Shown piece by piece: positions 1-10,800 of a stretch of 64,000 bases of DNA. The notes beneath the pieces were generated by a model. The model did not search any database and was not told the DNA's origin. It saw only the letters and a list, made by a program, of their open reading frames with translations. A program made the position numbers and the translations under genes. Source of the DNA: Acidobacteriota bacterium (GTDB taxonomy: Bacteria; Acidobacteriota; UBA4820; DSQY01); assembly GCA_049967655.1 (NCBI GenBank), contig JBMFSH010000002.1:1-64000 (forward strand), in the 5' to 3' direction. Numbering within the stretch: the first letter of the stretch is position 1; each line of letters begins with the position of its first letter.

Positions 1-141
1 GGGCAATCTCCCGAACCGTCGGGCTTAGCTCGCGGTTCGGGGGGGCAAGGCCATGGCCCTCCCCGTCCAGGAGACAATGTCTTTCTCCCGTGAACCCGGG
101 CGGTAGCCGGAGGCACCCGCGTTTTCATCGCGGAATTTGGG
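1..141 (+). mobile_element. Partial (right end) copy of a 260-bp MITE-like element
   Basis: Positions 53-141 (ATGGCCCTCCCCGTCCAGGAGA...CATCGCGGAATTTGGG) closely match the 3' part of the element at 55698-55957 and the reverse complement of 28020-28279. The left end lies outside the window. Confidence 0.8.
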
Positions 142-220
142 GGGAGGGGGCTACTGGCCCGGCGCGGGATTTGGAGATAGGCTCTGGAAGGGGAGGAGTG
201 GGCTGGAGGAGGGAGGCGAG

Positions 221-913
221 ATGACGCCTGAAGTACCGTTGCTGGAATTGATCGCACAGACCCCCTTCGCCCATCTGGGGCCGGAGGGCTCGCGGAGCCT
301 GGCTGCCCTCTTCAGGCCCAGGCGGCTGGATAAAGGGGGCGTGGTCTTTCTGGAGGGAGAGACGGCGGGCTCCTTTTTCGTCGTGGCCGAGGGGCGCCTG
401 AAGGCCTTCCGGCGCCTGCCCGACGGCCGCGAGATCACGGTGTTCTTGATCAAACCCAGGGAGTTCTTCGGTTTTTTGCCCCTCCTGGACGGCGGCCCCA
501 GACCGCTCTCGGTGGAGGCCCTCGAGCCCTCGACGATCCAGGAGCTTGACCGGACGGGCTTCCTGAGCTTCATCCACCAGAACCCAACCTTCTGCACCCA
601 GCTCATGGCCTATCTCGCCGGCAGGCTGAGGGGTTGTCTGGACCAGCTCAGCCTCGTGGGCCAGCAGGGAGCTCTCGATCGGACGGCGCGAGGGCTGCTC
701 GGCCTCGTCGAACGCGCGGCCCCTGACACCGGAGTCGTCCGCGCCCAGCTCCCCTTCACGCAGGAGGAATTCGCGCGCACCCTCCACCTGGCTCCGGAAA
801 ACCTCTCCCGCGCCCTCGCCAGACTCCGGCGGGATGGCCTCATCGAACGCGAAGGCCGGGGCCGTTTCCGCCTGCTGAACGTGGAAGAGCTCAGGCGAAT
901 AGCGGGGGAATAG
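221..913 (+). CDS. Crp/Fnr family transcriptional regulator
   Basis: ATG at 221 after a GGAGG RBS. cNMP-binding-like N-domain (VFLEGE...GRLKAFR...GREIT) and C-terminal HTH with an FNR/Dnr-type PENLSR recognition helix. Confidence 0.9.
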   Translation: MTPEVPLLELIAQTPFAHLGPEGSRSLAALFRPRRLDKGGVVFLEGETAGSFFVVAEGRLKAFRRLPDGREITVFLIKPREFFGFLPLLDGGPRPLSVEALEPSTIQELDRTGFLSFIHQNPTFCTQLMAYLAGRLRGCLDQLSLVGQQGALDRTARGLLGLVERAAPDTGVVRAQLPFTQEEFARTLHLAPENLSRALARLRRDGLIEREGRGRFRLLNVEELRRIAGE

Positions 914-1197
914 GGGCCCGGGACCAGGAGCTCTTGGAGGCTCCCCTCTCCGTGGGCGGCGCGTCTCCCCGCGTCGTGGCGGCCTACATCTCCCCGCTGG
1001 AACCGCTCTCCACGATCTCCAACCGCCGGGCGGTGCCCGCGCGGGCGACCTTGCTCCTCGGGATTCGAGGCCAAGGCTGAGCCTTGAATGGCAGGAGGCC
1101 ATTGGTGTTACTATGGCCGTACACCAGGTCGGACCTCAAGGAGAGGGCAGAACTCCTCGATAGAGCCTGATGGGTAGGCCTTCCAGGCGAGGCGGCG

Positions 1198-4167
1198 ATG
1201 GAGGAGAGGTCGGCACAACCCGCCACGGAACAGGCTCCAAAATCCTGGCCGAAAGGGGCGGCCCTGCTCCTGGGTGGCGCGTCGGTGGCGGTGGTGCTGT
1301 TCCTTCTCTTCGCCCACTGGCAACGCCTTCAGACTTTCGCCCTCTGGCAGGGGCGGCTCACGGCCATGGCGCAGGACCGCGAAGCCACCGTCCAGCGGTG
1401 GCTCGACGACCGGCAAGAGGACGCCGTGACGCTCTCCTGCCTCCTGGCCGCCGCTCCCGCGGGACCCGGGCAGGAGGCGGAAGCCGCCCATCTGCGGGAG
1501 CTCCTCGCCGCCATGGTCCGCCACGATCACTACGTGGGGGCGGCGCTCGTGGGGAGCGGCGGGGAGCCATTGACCTGGGCGGGGCAGAGGCCCTCCCGCG
1601 AGGCGCTGGCCTTCGCGCGGGAGGCCGCCGCCAGCGGGACCGCTCACCGGCAGCGCTTCCTGGACGAGGCGGGAGGGCCTCTGGTGGCCACGGTGCAGGC
1701 GGTGCGAGGCCCCGCAGGCCCAGCGTCCGTCCTTCTGCTCTCGGACCCCGCGCGCTGGCTGTTCCCCTTCCTGGCCAAGCAGCCCTTCCCCACGGAGAGC
1801 GGCGAGTGTCTGCTGGTGGAACGGGAAAAAGCGGGGGTGCGCGTGCTGAACCCTTCGCGCGGGGGCGCAGCGGGGCGGCTGGTGACGCAACCGGCCGCCT
1901 CCTGGGCGGCCTCCCAGGCCGCCGCGGGCGTGGAGGCCTTTGGGCTTATGCACGATCTGGATGGCACGGAGGTGCTGGCCGCCACGCAGTACCTGCCCGG
2001 GCCCGGTTGGGGACTCGTCGTCCAGGTGGACCGCTGGGAGGCCATGGCCGGCTACCGCCGGGCCCTGGCGGCCGGCTCCTTCCTTCTTCTCGCCGTCTTC
2101 CTCATCGGCGGCGCCCTGCTGCAGGCCTACGTGCGGCACAGGCGCCTCCTGGAGATGGGCCGGACGCTCGCCGAACGCGAGCGGACGCGGGCGCGCGAGG
2201 CCCTCCTGGCCCGCGTGCTGGCCACGCAGGTGCAGGCTCAGCAGGCCATGGTGAGGGCCGGGAGCATCGAGGAGCTGCGTCAAACCGTCTGCCGCCTGCT
2301 CGTGCAGGAGGCGGGTCTGAAGATGGCCTGGATCGCCCTCAAGGAGCCGGGCACCTTTCGGCTGGCCCCGGCCGCCGCCTACGGCATCGCGCTGGAGGAC
2401 CTCAAGACCATCGAGGTCCGATGGGACGACAGCCCCCTCGGCCAGGGCTCCATGGGCACCGCGGTGAAAACTAAGCGTCCCTCGCTCCACCAGGACCTCC
2501 TGAGCGAGGCGAGCTTCTCGCCGTGGAGGGGCTTCATGGAGCGCTACGGCTTCCGCTCGGTGGCGAGCTTCCCCATCGTTGTGCGCGGCGAGGTGGAGGG
2601 GGTGCTGGCCGTCTACTCGGGAGAGCGAGGAGCCTTCTTCCCCGAGCTCGTGGAGCTGCTCTCGGGCCTCGTTTCCGACCTCGCCTTCGCCGAGGAGGCG
2701 TTGGAGGACCGGCTGAAGCGGGCCAGGGCCGAGGCCGAGCTGGAGGAGAGCCGGCAGACCTTCCAGATGCTCGCCGAGTCGGCCCACGCCGCCATCTTCG
2801 TCTACCGCGGCGAGGAGTTCGTCTACGTCAACCCCGAGGTCTGCCGCCTCACGGGCTACGAGGCGGAGGAGCTGCTGGGCCGAAGCGTGCTCTCCGTGGT
2901 GCACCCGGAGGATCTGCCCCTGGTGCGGGCCAACCTCCAGCTCCGCGGGCGGGGAGGGAGCGCATCGCCGCGCTACGAGTTCCGCGTGGTGGCAAAGGGG
3001 GGACAGACTCGTTGGATCGACTTCACCGCTGCGGCGTACGCTATTCGCGGAGAGAAGGCCGTCCTCTGCACCGCCTACGACATCACCGAACGCAAGCGGG
3101 CCGAGGAACGGCTCGCGGAATCGGAGCGGCGCTACCGCGCCTTCTTCGAGCGGAACGTCGCGGGCATCTACCGCAGCAGGATGGGCAGAGGTCTCACGGA
3201 GTGCAACGCCGCCTTCGCCCGCCTCTTCGGCTATGACAGCCCCGAGGAGGTCATGGCCCAGCCCGTGGAGGCCTTTTACCTCGACGAGGCGGATCGGGAC
3301 TCCTTCCGGGAGAGGATTCTTCGCGAAGGGACCGTCATAAACCTGGAGGCACGCTACCGGCGCAAGGACGGCCGCACCCTCTGGCTCCTGGAGAGCGCCG
3401 CGCTGGTGGAGGACGAGGCGGGGGGCCCGCCGTGGATCGAGGGGACCTGCATCGACATCACCGAGCGCAAGGAGCTGGAGGAGGCGCTAGTCCGCGTCAA
3501 GAACCTCGAGACCGTGGGGCTAATCGCCGGCGGCGTGGCTCACGAGGTGCGGAATCCGCTCTTTGCTATTACGACCGTCGTCACGGCGCTGGAACGCAAA
3601 CTCAAGGACCACCCGGAGTTCGGCGAGTACGTCAGCCACATTGTCGATCAGACCCGCCGCCTGAACACGCTCATGAACGACCTCCTGGCCCTCGGCCGAC
3701 CCGTGGAAGAGGCGGCCTTCGCGCCCGTGGCCCTCCAAGAGGTGCTGAGGCAGTGCTTCGAATTAGCGCGCAAGAGCCTCCCCGGCGAATGTCCGTGCAC
3801 CCTCGATCTGCCCCCCGAACCGCTCTGGGTGATGGGGCTTTCCGACAAGCTCGTCCAGGTCTTCCTGAACCTCATGCAGAATGCCGTCTCCTTTACGCCT
3901 CCGGGGGGGCGCGTCGTGGTGTGCGCCCGGCGCGAGGAGGAGCGCGCCGTCGTCACCGTCTCCGACGAGGGTCCGGGTATCGCGGGCGAGCTGTTCCCCA
4001 GGCTCTTTCAGCCCTTCCAGACGGGCCGCCAGGGAGGCACTGGGCTGGGGCTCGCCATCGTCCGAAAGATCGTCCAGGCCCACCACGGCACCGTCCACGC
4101 CGTCAACAACGATCCGCCGCCCGGTTCCACCTTCACCGTCGTGCTTCCGCTTCGCAGAGGCGAGTGA
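1198..4167 (+). CDS. Membrane sensor histidine kinase (2 TM + extracytoplasmic domain, GAF, 2 PAS, HisKA, HATPase)
   Basis: H-box AHEVRNPL, N-box NLMQNA, DEGPG and GTGLGL motifs, PAS signatures (YVNP...VHPEDL; DITERK), two hydrophobic segments. Confidence 0.92.
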   Translation: MEERSAQPATEQAPKSWPKGAALLLGGASVAVVLFLLFAHWQRLQTFALWQGRLTAMAQDREATVQRWLDDRQEDAVTLSCLLAAAPAGPGQEAEAAHLRELLAAMVRHDHYVGAALVGSGGEPLTWAGQRPSREALAFAREAAASGTAHRQRFLDEAGGPLVATVQAVRGPAGPASVLLLSDPARWLFPFLAKQPFPTESGECLLVEREKAGVRVLNPSRGGAAGRLVTQPAASWAASQAAAGVEAFGLMHDLDGTEVLAATQYLPGPGWGLVVQVDRWEAMAGYRRALAAGSFLLLAVFLIGGALLQAYVRHRRLLEMGRTLAERERTRAREALLARVLATQVQAQQAMVRAGSIEELRQTVCRLLVQEAGLKMAWIALKEPGTFRLAPAAAYGIALEDLKTIEVRWDDSPLGQGSMGTAVKTKRPSLHQDLLSEASFSPWRGFMERYGFRSVASFPIVVRGEVEGVLAVYSGERGAFFPELVELLSGLVSDLAFAEEALEDRLKRARAEAELEESRQTFQMLAESAHAAIFVYRGEEFVYVNPEVCRLTGYEAEELLGRSVLSVVHPEDLPLVRANLQLRGRGGSASPRYEFRVVAKGGQTRWIDFTAAAYAIRGEKAVLCTAYDITERKRAEERLAESERRYRAFFERNVAGIYRSRMGRGLTECNAAFARLFGYDSPEEVMAQPVEAFYLDEADRDSFRERILREGTVINLEARYRRKDGRTLWLLESAALVEDEAGGPPWIEGTCIDITERKELEEALVRVKNLETVGLIAGGVAHEVRNPLFAITTVVTALERKLKDHPEFGEYVSHIVDQTRRLNTLMNDLLALGRPVEEAAFAPVALQEVLRQCFELARKSLPGECPCTLDLPPEPLWVMGLSDKLVQVFLNLMQNAVSFTPPGGRVVVCARREEERAVVTVSDEGPGIAGELFPRLFQPFQTGRQGGTGLGLAIVRKIVQAHHGTVHAVNNDPPPGSTFTVVLPLRRGE

Positions 4168-4407
4168 GCGGGGATTCGCAATGAGGAGGAGGGCCCTCCG
4201 CTCTCGGCGCTCCATTCTCGGTCCGCCGTGAGTCCTGGGTTGCTGAGGCTTTCTCCTGGGACACGGCACGTCCCCAGGGGCTCTGCCCTAGGACGCCTGC
4301 CTGCGGCTGGCTGTTATCCCGACGGGGCGGGGAGGTTTCCTCCCAGCACCCCTCCGCGTGCCGTCTTTCACGTGCTTCCATGCCAACCCCGCTTCAGGGA
4401 CGACAGG

Positions 4408-4911
4408 CTAGGACTGCCAGCTCAGCCTGACCTTGCCGCCGAAGGGGATGAAGGTGGCCCAGTAGCTGTTGACGTGGGCGTAGACCGTCCAGGCTTCGCC
4501 GCCTGCCAGGCGCAGGAGGCGGATCTTCTGGGAGAAGGGCATGAACATGCCGAGGAAGGTGAACTTCGAAACGCCGATTCGCTCGGCCTCGCGGCGGGCG
4601 GCCTCGGCGCTGGGGTTGGGCGGCGTGGAGGTGGGCTCCATGAGGACGCCCTGCTGGATCACCTTCCCGCCCAGGCCGTAGACCGTGTAGGAGAGGGTGC
4701 CGGCGGGGACGGCGTCGCCCTTGGGCAGGACCACCAGCTTGAGGTCGTTCATGGAGATGATGGGATCGTGGATGATGCGGACCTGGAAGTGGCGCGTTAC
4801 GCTCGCATCCACGTCGAGGCGAGGCCGAAAGCGCACGAAGGTGCTGAGGTAGAAGAAGCCGAGAATGGCGATCGCGATCAGAGGCATGACGCGCCGGGTC
4901 TTTTTTCCCAT
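4408..4911 (-). CDS. Hypothetical membrane-anchored protein
   Basis: ATG at 4911 preceded by GAGGAG. Basic N-terminus plus hydrophobic helix (LIAIAILGFFYL). No family recognised. Confidence 0.55.
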   Translation of the reverse strand: MGKKTRRVMPLIAIAILGFFYLSTFVRFRPRLDVDASVTRHFQVRIIHDPIISMNDLKLVVLPKGDAVPAGTLSYTVYGLGGKVIQQGVLMEPTSTPPNPSAEAARREAERIGVSKFTFLGMFMPFSQKIRLLRLAGGEAWTVYAHVNSYWATFIPFGGKVRLSWQS

Positions 4912-4988
4912 GAACAACTCCTCTGCGGCTCGGGCCGCTTGCCCTCCCCCGTCGTGAATCACTGTGTGAACCTAGCCTGCCCTTTTCC

Positions 4989-5002
4989 TTGACGGCCGTC
5001 AA
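4989..5002. promoter_or_regulatory. Palindromic TTGAC-N4-GTCAA, FNR/Dnr-type box candidate
   Basis: Perfect palindrome TTGACGGCCGTCAA between divergent genes. The FNR consensus is TTGAT-N4-ATCAA. Confidence 0.45.
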
Positions 5003-5116
5003 GGCGCGGCCATCGTCTCTCTCGTTACCCTTAGGCCGAGCTGCGAGGCTTGCCCTCCTGCGCCGTTGCGGCGGAAGATGAGAGCGAGCCGTCCAGCTTT
5101 TTTGTAGGGCAGGGAG

Positions 5117-5134
5117 TATGCACCTATGCGCATA
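5117..5134. promoter_or_regulatory. Candidate ArsR/SmtB operator TATGC-N8-GCATA
   Basis: Inverted repeat overlapping the start codon of the ArsR gene. Confidence 0.5.
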
Positions 5135-5443
5135 GATCGCCAGAGCGCTGAGATGGGCCAGGTCGCCTCTTGGTGCCGCCACCTGGGACACCCGCTGAGG
5201 CTGAGGCTTCTGGGGATGCTCCGGGATGAGCACGACATCTGCGTCTGCTCCCTGGCGGCGGAGCTGGGCGTGGACCAGCCGACCCTGTCGCGCCACCTGA
5301 GGATCCTGAAGGACGCAGGCATGGTGGATTGCCGGAGGGAGGGGGCCCGGGTCCTCTACTTCGTATCGCGGCGGAGCGTACGCCGTTTCCTGGCCGCCTT
5401 GGAGGCCCTGCTGGCCCGGGAACAAGGAAAGGAGGGATGGTGA
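5126..5443 (+). CDS. ArsR/SmtB family repressor
   Basis: LGHPLRLRLL, Cys motif ICVC, QPTLSRHLRILKDAG HTH, RREG wing. Confidence 0.9.
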   Translation: MRIDRQSAEMGQVASWCRHLGHPLRLRLLGMLRDEHDICVCSLAAELGVDQPTLSRHLRILKDAGMVDCRREGARVLYFVSRRSVRRFLAALEALLAREQGKEGW

Positions 5444-5447
5444 TCCC

Positions 5448-6776
5448 ATGAATCGTCGAGTGTGGATGATGGTGAGTCTGCTGCTGGCGCTGGCGGCGGC
5501 GCCCGCGTGGTGGGCGGCCGAGCCTCTGACGTTGAGGCAGGCCATGGCGAGGGCGCTCGCCGCCAACCCCAAGCTCCAGGCGGCCAAGCTGGAGACGGTC
5601 GCCGCCTCGCAGCGGACGAAGGAGGCCGTCGGCCGGCACTTCGGCGAGCTCGATTTGGTGGCGGGCTACGATCAGTTCGAACACGCGCGGCCGCTGATCC
5701 CCATTTCCGAAGAGCTCCTGGGCCCCAAGGGCATCGCGGGTCTGCCCTGGGCCCAGAACCAGCGGCGCTACGGGATCTCCTACGAGATTCCGCTGCTGGC
5801 CTCGGGCGGTCTCCACGAAGGGCTCAAGATCGCCAAGCTCTCGCAGAACGCCTCCGAGGCCGTGGCCCTCTTCACGCGGGACGAGGTGCGCTACAACGTT
5901 CGAGCCGCCTACCGAAACGCGCTGGTGGCCGAGCACGCCTTCGAGGCCGTCCGGGCCTACCGCACTTTCCTCGAAAAGGACAAGGCCGATGCCGACCTGA
6001 AGGTCAAGGTGGGAACGTGGGCCCCGGTGGACGGCGCCAAGGTGGACTTCGCCCTCGAAAACGCCAAGGCCCTGGAGGCGGCGGCCGAGGGCCACGTGAA
6101 GATCGCAGAAGCGACCCTCGCCGCCCTGATGGGCGAGGACCCGCCGGCGGACGGCTACGAACTGAGCGACGAGACCGCCTTGCCGCCCGTTCCGGCCGAC
6201 AGCCAGGCGCGGCTCCTCAACCAGGCTCTGACGGGCCGGCAGGACCTGGTCGCCACGCTGAGGGCGACGCAGATCGCCGAGCGCAAGAAGCGCCTCGCCA
6301 TGGAGGCTTTCGGCCCCCAGCTCGAACTGGCGGGCACCTATCTCAGGAATGACTCCCCCGCCGTGCCGGGGGAGCTTCGCAGCCACGACTTCGGCATCTA
6401 CCTCAAGATCCCCGTGTTCAAAGGTTTCACGCGCATTGCTGCGCTCCAGGAGGAGAACGCCAACCTTCTCGTCGCGAAGCAGCGCGAGCGCGCCAAGCGG
6501 TTGGAGGTGGCCACGCAGGTGGTGGAGGCGGAGAGCCGCCTCACGGCGGCCCAGGCGGCCCTGAAGGCGGGGGAGGCCCAGCGCTCGCTCGGGGCCGAGG
6601 TGGCGCGCGTGGAACACCTCAAGCTGGAGCAGGGGACGGGCAAGATGGAGGACTACCTCGCCGCCCGCGCCGAGCAGCTCCAGGGGGAAACAGCCTATTG
6701 GCAAGGACTCTATGGCCTTCAGAGCGCCGTGGACTACCTCGATTTCGTGTGTGCCCGGGGAGGAGAGCATGAGTAA
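5448..6776 (+). CDS. TolC family outer-membrane efflux protein
   Basis: Signal peptide, LTLRQAMARALAANPKL OEP start, 442 aa, first gene of a TolC-MFP-RND operon. Confidence 0.88.
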   Translation: MNRRVWMMVSLLLALAAAPAWWAAEPLTLRQAMARALAANPKLQAAKLETVAASQRTKEAVGRHFGELDLVAGYDQFEHARPLIPISEELLGPKGIAGLPWAQNQRRYGISYEIPLLASGGLHEGLKIAKLSQNASEAVALFTRDEVRYNVRAAYRNALVAEHAFEAVRAYRTFLEKDKADADLKVKVGTWAPVDGAKVDFALENAKALEAAAEGHVKIAEATLAALMGEDPPADGYELSDETALPPVPADSQARLLNQALTGRQDLVATLRATQIAERKKRLAMEAFGPQLELAGTYLRNDSPAVPGELRSHDFGIYLKIPVFKGFTRIAALQEENANLLVAKQRERAKRLEVATQVVEAESRLTAAQAALKAGEAQRSLGAEVARVEHLKLEQGTGKMEDYLAARAEQLQGETAYWQGLYGLQSAVDYLDFVCARGGEHE

Positions 6777-7872
6777 GAAGCTGCTCGTCGTCTTGATCGT
6801 CGTCCTGATCATCCTCGCCCTCACGGCGGTGGTGTTCCACAAGGAGTGGCAGCTCGCCCACCTTCCGCCGCCGGCCAACCCGCCCATGCCCGTGGCCACG
6901 GCGGTCGCCAAGGAGGGTGAGGCCAGCAACACGGTGGCCACGGTAGCCCTCATCCAGTCGGAGACCTCCGCCACGGTGTCCGCCGAGGTGCCCGGTGCCC
7001 TGCTGGAGGTCCGCTTCCACGAGGGCGATTCGGTGAAGAGGGGCGAGATCATGGCCCTCATTGATCCCCGGACCCTCGACGACGCCGTGCAGGCCGCCCA
7101 GGCGCGCCTGGCCGCGGCCGAGGAGGACTACGCCAAGCAGAAGGCCATCTTCGACCGGGACAAGGTCCTTGTCGCAGCGGGGGCCATCTCCCAGCAGGCT
7201 TTCGACATCTCCAAGGCTCAGCTAGCGGGGGCGGAAGCGGCCAAAGTCTCCGCCGAGAAGGCGCTCCAGTCGGCCCGCGTCTACCGCTCCTACTGCTCCG
7301 TGCCGGCCCCCTACTCGGGAATCGTCACGGGCCGCCTCGTGGAGCCGGGCGACCTCGCCGCCCCGGGCAAGCCTCTCTACTCCCTCCAGATCCCGGGGCC
7401 CGTGAAGGTGCTCTCCAAGCTCTCGCAGGACCAGTTGGCGAGGCTCAAGGTCGGGGGCGCGGTGACCTTCACCAATGAGGGCCAGAGGTTGAAAGCGCAG
7501 ACGACCCGGATCTATCCGGCCCTCGACGCGGCCCACCTGGGCTCCGTGGAGACGGACCTCAAGCAGTCCCCCTTCGGTCTGCCCTCGGGCGCCACCGTGG
7601 CCGCGAGCTACGCCGCCGCCCCCGTGCAGGGGCTCCTGGTGCCCAACGACGCCCTGCTCCAGGGGATCCGGCAGACCACGGTGGTCAAGGTCGAGGAGGG
7701 CAAGGCGCAGCCCGTACCCGTGACGGTGCTCGGCCGCGGCGAGCAGGAGTCGGCCGTCTCCGCGGGCGGCGCCCTCAAGGCGGGTGACGCGATCATCGTC
7801 GGCCTGCCCAGCGAGCTCATGGCCCTCACGGCGGGGACCCCCGTGGCCCCGCAGCCGGGAGGGCAGCGATGA
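6769..7872 (+). CDS. RND efflux periplasmic adaptor (MFP)
   Basis: ATG 6769 after GGAGGAG. Lipoyl-like motifs EGDSVKRG and APYSGIV...VEPGD. Confidence 0.9.
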   Translation: MSKKLLVVLIVVLIILALTAVVFHKEWQLAHLPPPANPPMPVATAVAKEGEASNTVATVALIQSETSATVSAEVPGALLEVRFHEGDSVKRGEIMALIDPRTLDDAVQAAQARLAAAEEDYAKQKAIFDRDKVLVAAGAISQQAFDISKAQLAGAEAAKVSAEKALQSARVYRSYCSVPAPYSGIVTGRLVEPGDLAAPGKPLYSLQIPGPVKVLSKLSQDQLARLKVGGAVTFTNEGQRLKAQTTRIYPALDAAHLGSVETDLKQSPFGLPSGATVAASYAAAPVQGLLVPNDALLQGIRQTTVVKVEEGKAQPVPVTVLGRGEQESAVSAGGALKAGDAIIVGLPSELMALTAGTPVAPQPGGQR

Positions 7873-10800
7873 ACTTCGTCGGCGCCTACGTCAAGAAGCC
7901 CCACCTCCTGCTCTCCATCGTGCTCCTGCTGGCGGTGGTGGGGGTCGTGGGCTTCTTCGAAATGCCCGTGAACCTCTTCCCCGACAGCGAGCGGCCGCAG
8001 ATCGCCGTGGTCACGGTCTGGCCCGGCGCCTCGGCGGGCGACGTGGCGAGCGACGTGAGCCGGGTCATCGAGAAGGAGCTCAAGACCATCGAGCTCGTGC
8101 GCCGCGTCACCTCCACCTCCAACGACGAGGTCTCGGTGGTCTCCGCCGAGTTCCAGTACAAGAAGGGACTCGATTCGGCGGCCACGGACGTCTCCAACTC
8201 CCTCAACAAGATCCGCCCGCTCCTGCCTCCCGACATCAAGCCCTTCCAGGTCTACAAGGTCTCCTCGGCGACGCCGGCGGTCTTGACCCTGTCGGTCACG
8301 CCCAAGAAGGGCTCGCAGATGGACCTGGCCCAGGTCCGGCGGCTCGTGGAGAACCCCATCAAGGAGGCGCTCCTGCGCCTTCCGGACGTCGAGAACGTGG
8401 AGATCTTCGGCGGCTACCAGAGCCTCGTCCAGGTGGATCTCGACCCCAACCGGCTCCAGGCCTACCACCTGAGCCCGGGACAGGTGGTGGAGGCGCTCAA
8501 CGCCTGGAACCGCAACACGCCGCTGGGCCTCGTCCTCTCCAAGGGCAGCCAGATCCTCCTCAAGAGCCAGGGCGAGTTCGAGCGGCCCGAGGAGGTGGGA
8601 AGCGTGGTCGTGAGCGCGGCCCCCGGCCCGCCCGTCTACCTGCGCGACGTGGCCGACGTCCACGTGGGCATCCAGGAGCGCCTCTCGGCCTTCCACGGCA
8701 ACGGCCAGCCCGCCATCGGCATCAACATCCAGCGCGCCCTCTCGGGCTACGCCCTGCCCACCATCCAGTCGGTGATGGAGTACCTGCCCACGCTCGAACG
8801 CCAGTACCCGGGCCTCTCCTTCCAGGTGGCCGACACGCAGGGCCAGCTCATCCAGACGAGCGTCTCAAACATGGTGGATGCTCTGCGCGACGCCATCATC
8901 ATGACGATCATCGTGATCTTCTTCTTCCTGGCGGACGTGCGCGGCATGCTGCTGGCCGGCATCTCGATCCCCTTCACCTACCTCATCACCTTCGCCTTCA
9001 TGTGGCTCTTCGGCTTCGAGTTCGACCTCGTGACGCTCACGGGGGTCATCCTGGGGGTGGGCATGCTCCTCGACGACGCCATCGTCGTCCTGGAAAACAT
9101 CGAGCGGCACTACCTCAAACTGGGCCAGAAGCTGGAGGACGCCGTCATCGGCGGCACGCAGGAGGTGATGCTCGCCATCCTCTCGGGCACCTATGCCACC
9201 GTCGTCGTGCTGATCCCCATCATCTGGATCGGCGGCTTCGTCCAGACGGTGCTGAGGCCCCTGAGCCTGACGCTCTCCATCGCGCTCATCGCCTCCTACC
9301 TCGTCTCCGTCACCATCCTGCCCATCCTGGCCCCGTTCATCTTGAGGCTGGGCGGCAAGCTGGAGCGGTCGCGCTGGGAGCTGGGGCTGGACCACTTCGT
9401 GCAGGGCAAGATCCTCCACCCCATCCAGGAGTTCTTCGTGAAGGCCGTGGACGTGGCCCTGCGCCACAAGGTGATGTTCATCATCCCGGCCCTGGCGCTC
9501 CTCATGTTCACCGGCCGGGCCCTCATGCCCCTCATCGGGCGCGACCTCATGCCCCCCATGGACACGGGCATCTTCCGCGTCACCTTCGAGAGCTACCCCA
9601 ACACCTCCATGAGCGATACGGAGGCTCTGCTCGACCGGGTTGAGAAGGTCGTCTACCAGCAGCCCGGCGTCACCATGGTCTCCTCGACCCTCGGCTCGGA
9701 GCCGGGCGTGCTCTCCTTCGGTTCGGGCCGCAACCCCCAGCAGGCCTTCATAACGGTCCACCTCGTGGACCGGTTCCACCGCAAACAGACCATGTGGGCC
9801 ATCGAGGGGCACATCCTGAAACAGCTCCAGACGATACCGGGCCTGCGCTTCCCGGCGGTCTTCGACTACGGCGCCACGCCCCTCTCCACGATCCGCTCCA
9901 CGGTGGACCTCATGATCTCCGGACCGGACCCCGCCGTGCTCGACCGCATCCGGCAGGCGGTGCAGGCGCGCCTCATGACCGTGGGCGGGCTCACCTCGGT
10001 GGTGCCCACCTGGACGCTGGACCGCGTGGAGTACCGGTTCCTGCCCAACCGGAACCTGCTCTCGCTCTACGGCGTCAACGCCGGCGCCGTGGCGGCCCAA
10101 GTCAACGCCCAGGTGCGGGGCTTCCCCGCGACCCTCTTCCGCGTCCCCAACCAGGACTCCTTCGCCGTCTGGGTGCAGGACGTGGCCCACCGGCGCGACG
10201 CCCAGAACCGGCTGGAGACGCTTCCCATCCTGACGCCGCGGGGACCCGTTCCCCTCTCCAGCCTCGGGACCATCGAGAAGTCCGTCGTGCCCACGCTCTA
10301 CACCCACCAGGACCTGCTGCCGACGGTGGACCTCCTGGGCTACCGCAACGTGCACGCCGTGACGCACATCGAGGACAACGTGAACGCCGCCCTCAAGGGG
10401 CTCCAGCTTCCTCCCGGCAACACGATCCAGAAGGACGCGGGCTGGTGGATGAAAACTATGGTGCCGCTCATCAACCAGCTCCCGCCGGGCTACTCGATCC
10501 GGGAGGAGGGCGAGCTCAAGACCATGGACGAGGCCTTCTCGGCCCTCATGACGGCGCTGCTGCTCGGCCTCGTGCTGCTCTACTTCTCCCTGGTGCCGGC
10601 CTTCAAGTCCTTCATCCACCCCTTCACCATCATGGTGGCCATCCCGCTCGGCATCATCGGCGCGGCCTGGGCCATGCTGCTGACGGGCAAGCACTCGTGC
10701 ATGCCCTCCTTCATGGGGATGATCCTTTTGGCCGGCATCGTGGTGAAGAACTCCATTCTGTTGATCGACTTCATCGAGGAGGCCCGGGCCAAGGGCGAGA

